Source: Octopus bimaculoides (Eukaryota). From it: a stretch of 38,952 nt of DNA. Location: the NCBI RefSeq assembly GCF_001194135.2, contig NC_068992.1:42933940-42972891 (forward strand), given 5' to 3'. The notes beneath the pieces were generated by a model. That model did not search any database and was not told where the DNA came from. It saw nothing but the letters and a program-made list of their open reading frames with translations. Positions within the stretch are counted from its first letter, which is position 1; each line of letters begins with the position of its first letter. This document shows positions 36,591 through 38,952 of this stretch, piece after piece. The position numbers and the translations under genes were made by a program.

Positions 36591-36912
36591 GAGCACTCCG
36601 TCGGTTACGACGACGAGGGTCTAAGCTGATGCGATCAACGGAAAGGCTTGCTCATGAAATTAACGTGCAAGTGGCTGAGCACTCCATATAAACGTGTAAC
36701 ATTAATGCAGTTCTGAGAGATTCAGCGTGACACAGAGTGTGACAAGGCTAGAGTTTTGAAATACAGTAACTACCCACTTTTGCCTGGTGAGTAGACTGGA
36801 GCAACGTGAAATAAAGTGTCTTGCTCAAGGACACAATGCGTCACTGGGAACTGAACTCACGATCTTACGATCGTGAGAAGAATGTCCCAACCACTAAGTC
36901 ACTCGCCTTCAC
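36587..36912 (-). mobile_element. tRNA-derived SINE (third family; head shared with 3315-3607)
   Basis: The minus strand reads GTGAAGGCGAGTGACTTAGTGGTTGG (A box), GAGTTCAGTTCC (B box), TCCTTGAGCAAGACACTTTATTTCACGTTGCTCCAG core, then a distinct tail ending …CGTCGTCGTAACCGACGGAGTGC. Confidence 0.85.
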
Positions 36913-36940
36913 ATCTGTATGTATATATATATATATATAT

Positions 36941-37169
36941 TATTCATTCACTTTTAACAGTCATTTGACTGCGGCCATGCGGGAGCACTGCCTTTACTCG
37001 AGCAAATTGATCCGAGGACGTATACTTTGTAAGACTAGTACTTATTATATCGTACTCTTTTCACGAACCGCTAGTTTACGGGGACTTAACTACACGTGCA
37101 TCGGTTGTCACGTGATGTTGGGGGACAAACACAGGCTCACGAATATATACAAACACATACATTTATATA

Positions 37170-37204
<35 letters not shown>

Positions 37205-37348
37205 GACAGGCTTCTTTCAGTTTCCGTCTACCAAATCCACTCACAAGGCTTTGGTCGCCTCGAAGCTATAGTAGAAGACACTTGCCCGAGGTGCCAACTA
37301 TGTCGTTGGTAAGCAAGCTACTTACAACATAGCCACTCCTGCGCCTAT
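36941..37348 (-). mobile_element. CORE-like SINE with an internal (TA)n tract and a deletion across the B box
   Basis: Homologous to 20476-20904. A short re-duplicated fragment follows at about 37350-37381. Confidence 0.88.
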
Positions 37349-37851
37349 GTAGATGGACTTCTTTCAGTTTCTGTCTACCAGTATATATAAGGGTATATAT
37401 ATATTTGTATATATATACTCTCATTAATTGTGATTTATTATACGAAGGCAAGTGTCTGGAGGACACAACTGAATAGCGAGAACAACTAGAGATGGACAAG
37501 AACACAGTAGAATTAGGTCATTCCGAAATATGAATATTATTTCCATATTGTTAATAAAAACGTGGTATATTTGGAGCTTCTGGAAATTTTAACTACAGAC
37601 ATTATACCGTTTCTAAAATTCTTCTAACGGAACACTTTAAACGAATAGATGTTGATTAGATTCATACTCTAGTAATCTTAGTTTCACCACTAATAACCTT
37701 TGTGAGAGAAATTATGTCCGCATACCACCTCCCAATATTATTAGTGACTTTCAGCCAAGCCAACAGAAAGCTACTACTTACATATTTATTTATTCATGAT
37801 ATTTAGATTAAGATTTTGATTTCATTGTTTGTAGTATGGGAATAATTAGCC

Positions 37852-37852
<1 letters not shown>

Positions 37853-37921
<69 letters not shown>

Positions 37922-37995
37922 CACACACACACACATAAATATATACACAGATATATATAAATACATACACACATATATACATATATATATATTTT

Positions 37996-38030
<35 letters not shown>

Positions 38031-38400
38031 CACATATATATATAGGTACCTACACATATTTGTGTGTATATGTCTATATATATATGTGGGTGTTTTTACG
38101 TACATATACATATCTGTGTGTGAGTATGTTATGTGTGTCTGTGTGTTTGTGTGTGTGTAAATATGTATGCACACATATAAATGAGTGTCCAACAGAGAAG
38201 GGGAGATTGAGGGATTGAGAGAGGGAGAGCGGAGATACCCTGAAATACGGATATTCATATACGAATACTTAGACAGTTTCATACACACACATACACAGAC
38301 ACGCACATACACACATGGACACGAGCACACACACGCACACGCACACACATATATACACACACATATATATATATACATAGCTACATGCGTAATTGCATGC
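37853..38400. repeat. Long compound TA/CA/TG microsatellite region
   Basis: Read directly; it accounts for the low-complexity 183-aa ORF. Confidence 0.93.
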
Positions 38401-38952
38401 ACACATGGTCGTTGTCGACAATCACTGACAAAATAGCCGCGTAAATACTACACAAAATGTCTGTCGTCATCAAAGCCCGTTTTGAAAACTGAAAGTCAAT
38501 AACAGCTTGCACATTAAGAGTCTCACCAGAACGTCTAGAAACAAAGAAGAGCAAGATCTATATGCATATAAGTGTAATTATATGTTAATTTTCATAATAT
38601 ATGTTCCAAATTAGGGCGACTAAATCTAAAGCTACGCAATTGACAGCAAATTGACGAGCCGATCCTCTGGGAACGTCGTGTCCAATTCCCACACATGTGG
38701 TCCATCTTTTTTTCAGTCGATTGTTTAGATTTAGATTTAGTCGCTCTACTCCGTAATGTACAGCATCGGGTTTCTTTACTATTTTATTAATATAAATATA
38801 TACACGCACCCCCCCCACACACACACACAAACACACACACATACATACATACATACACATATCTATATTTAAAACTGAGTGTTTATTGATATATTCCTGG
38901 GTATTTTAATCACTTGTTTTCTAATATATAAATATATATATATATATATATA

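Overview
AT-rich eukaryotic (animal) non-coding DNA from a gapped draft assembly (11 N-runs, nearly all flanked by microsatellites). The microsatellite load and the SINE families look like an Octopus/coleoid cephalopod genome; this is an inference from recalled repeat sequences, not a search. No intact protein-coding gene, rRNA, functional tRNA or CRISPR array can be supported, and most long entries in the ORF track are microsatellite or N artefacts. The window is a transposon graveyard: two decayed mariner elements, an R4/Dong-type RLE retrotransposon fragment, an RTE/BovB-type LINE fragment, a Penelope-like GIY-YIG fragment with hammerhead-bearing pseudo-LTRs, and about ten tRNA-derived SINE copies. 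The most interesting object is a 2.1-kb insertion (15853-17988) that splits a tRNA-derived SINE with a 12-bp target-site duplication. It repeats the target motif internally, folds that motif into a stem with its own antisense segments, has tandem structured 5' monomers with short GT-AG introns, and encodes ORF1-like sequence but no RT. It is a candidate SINE-targeting, non-autonomous retroelement.
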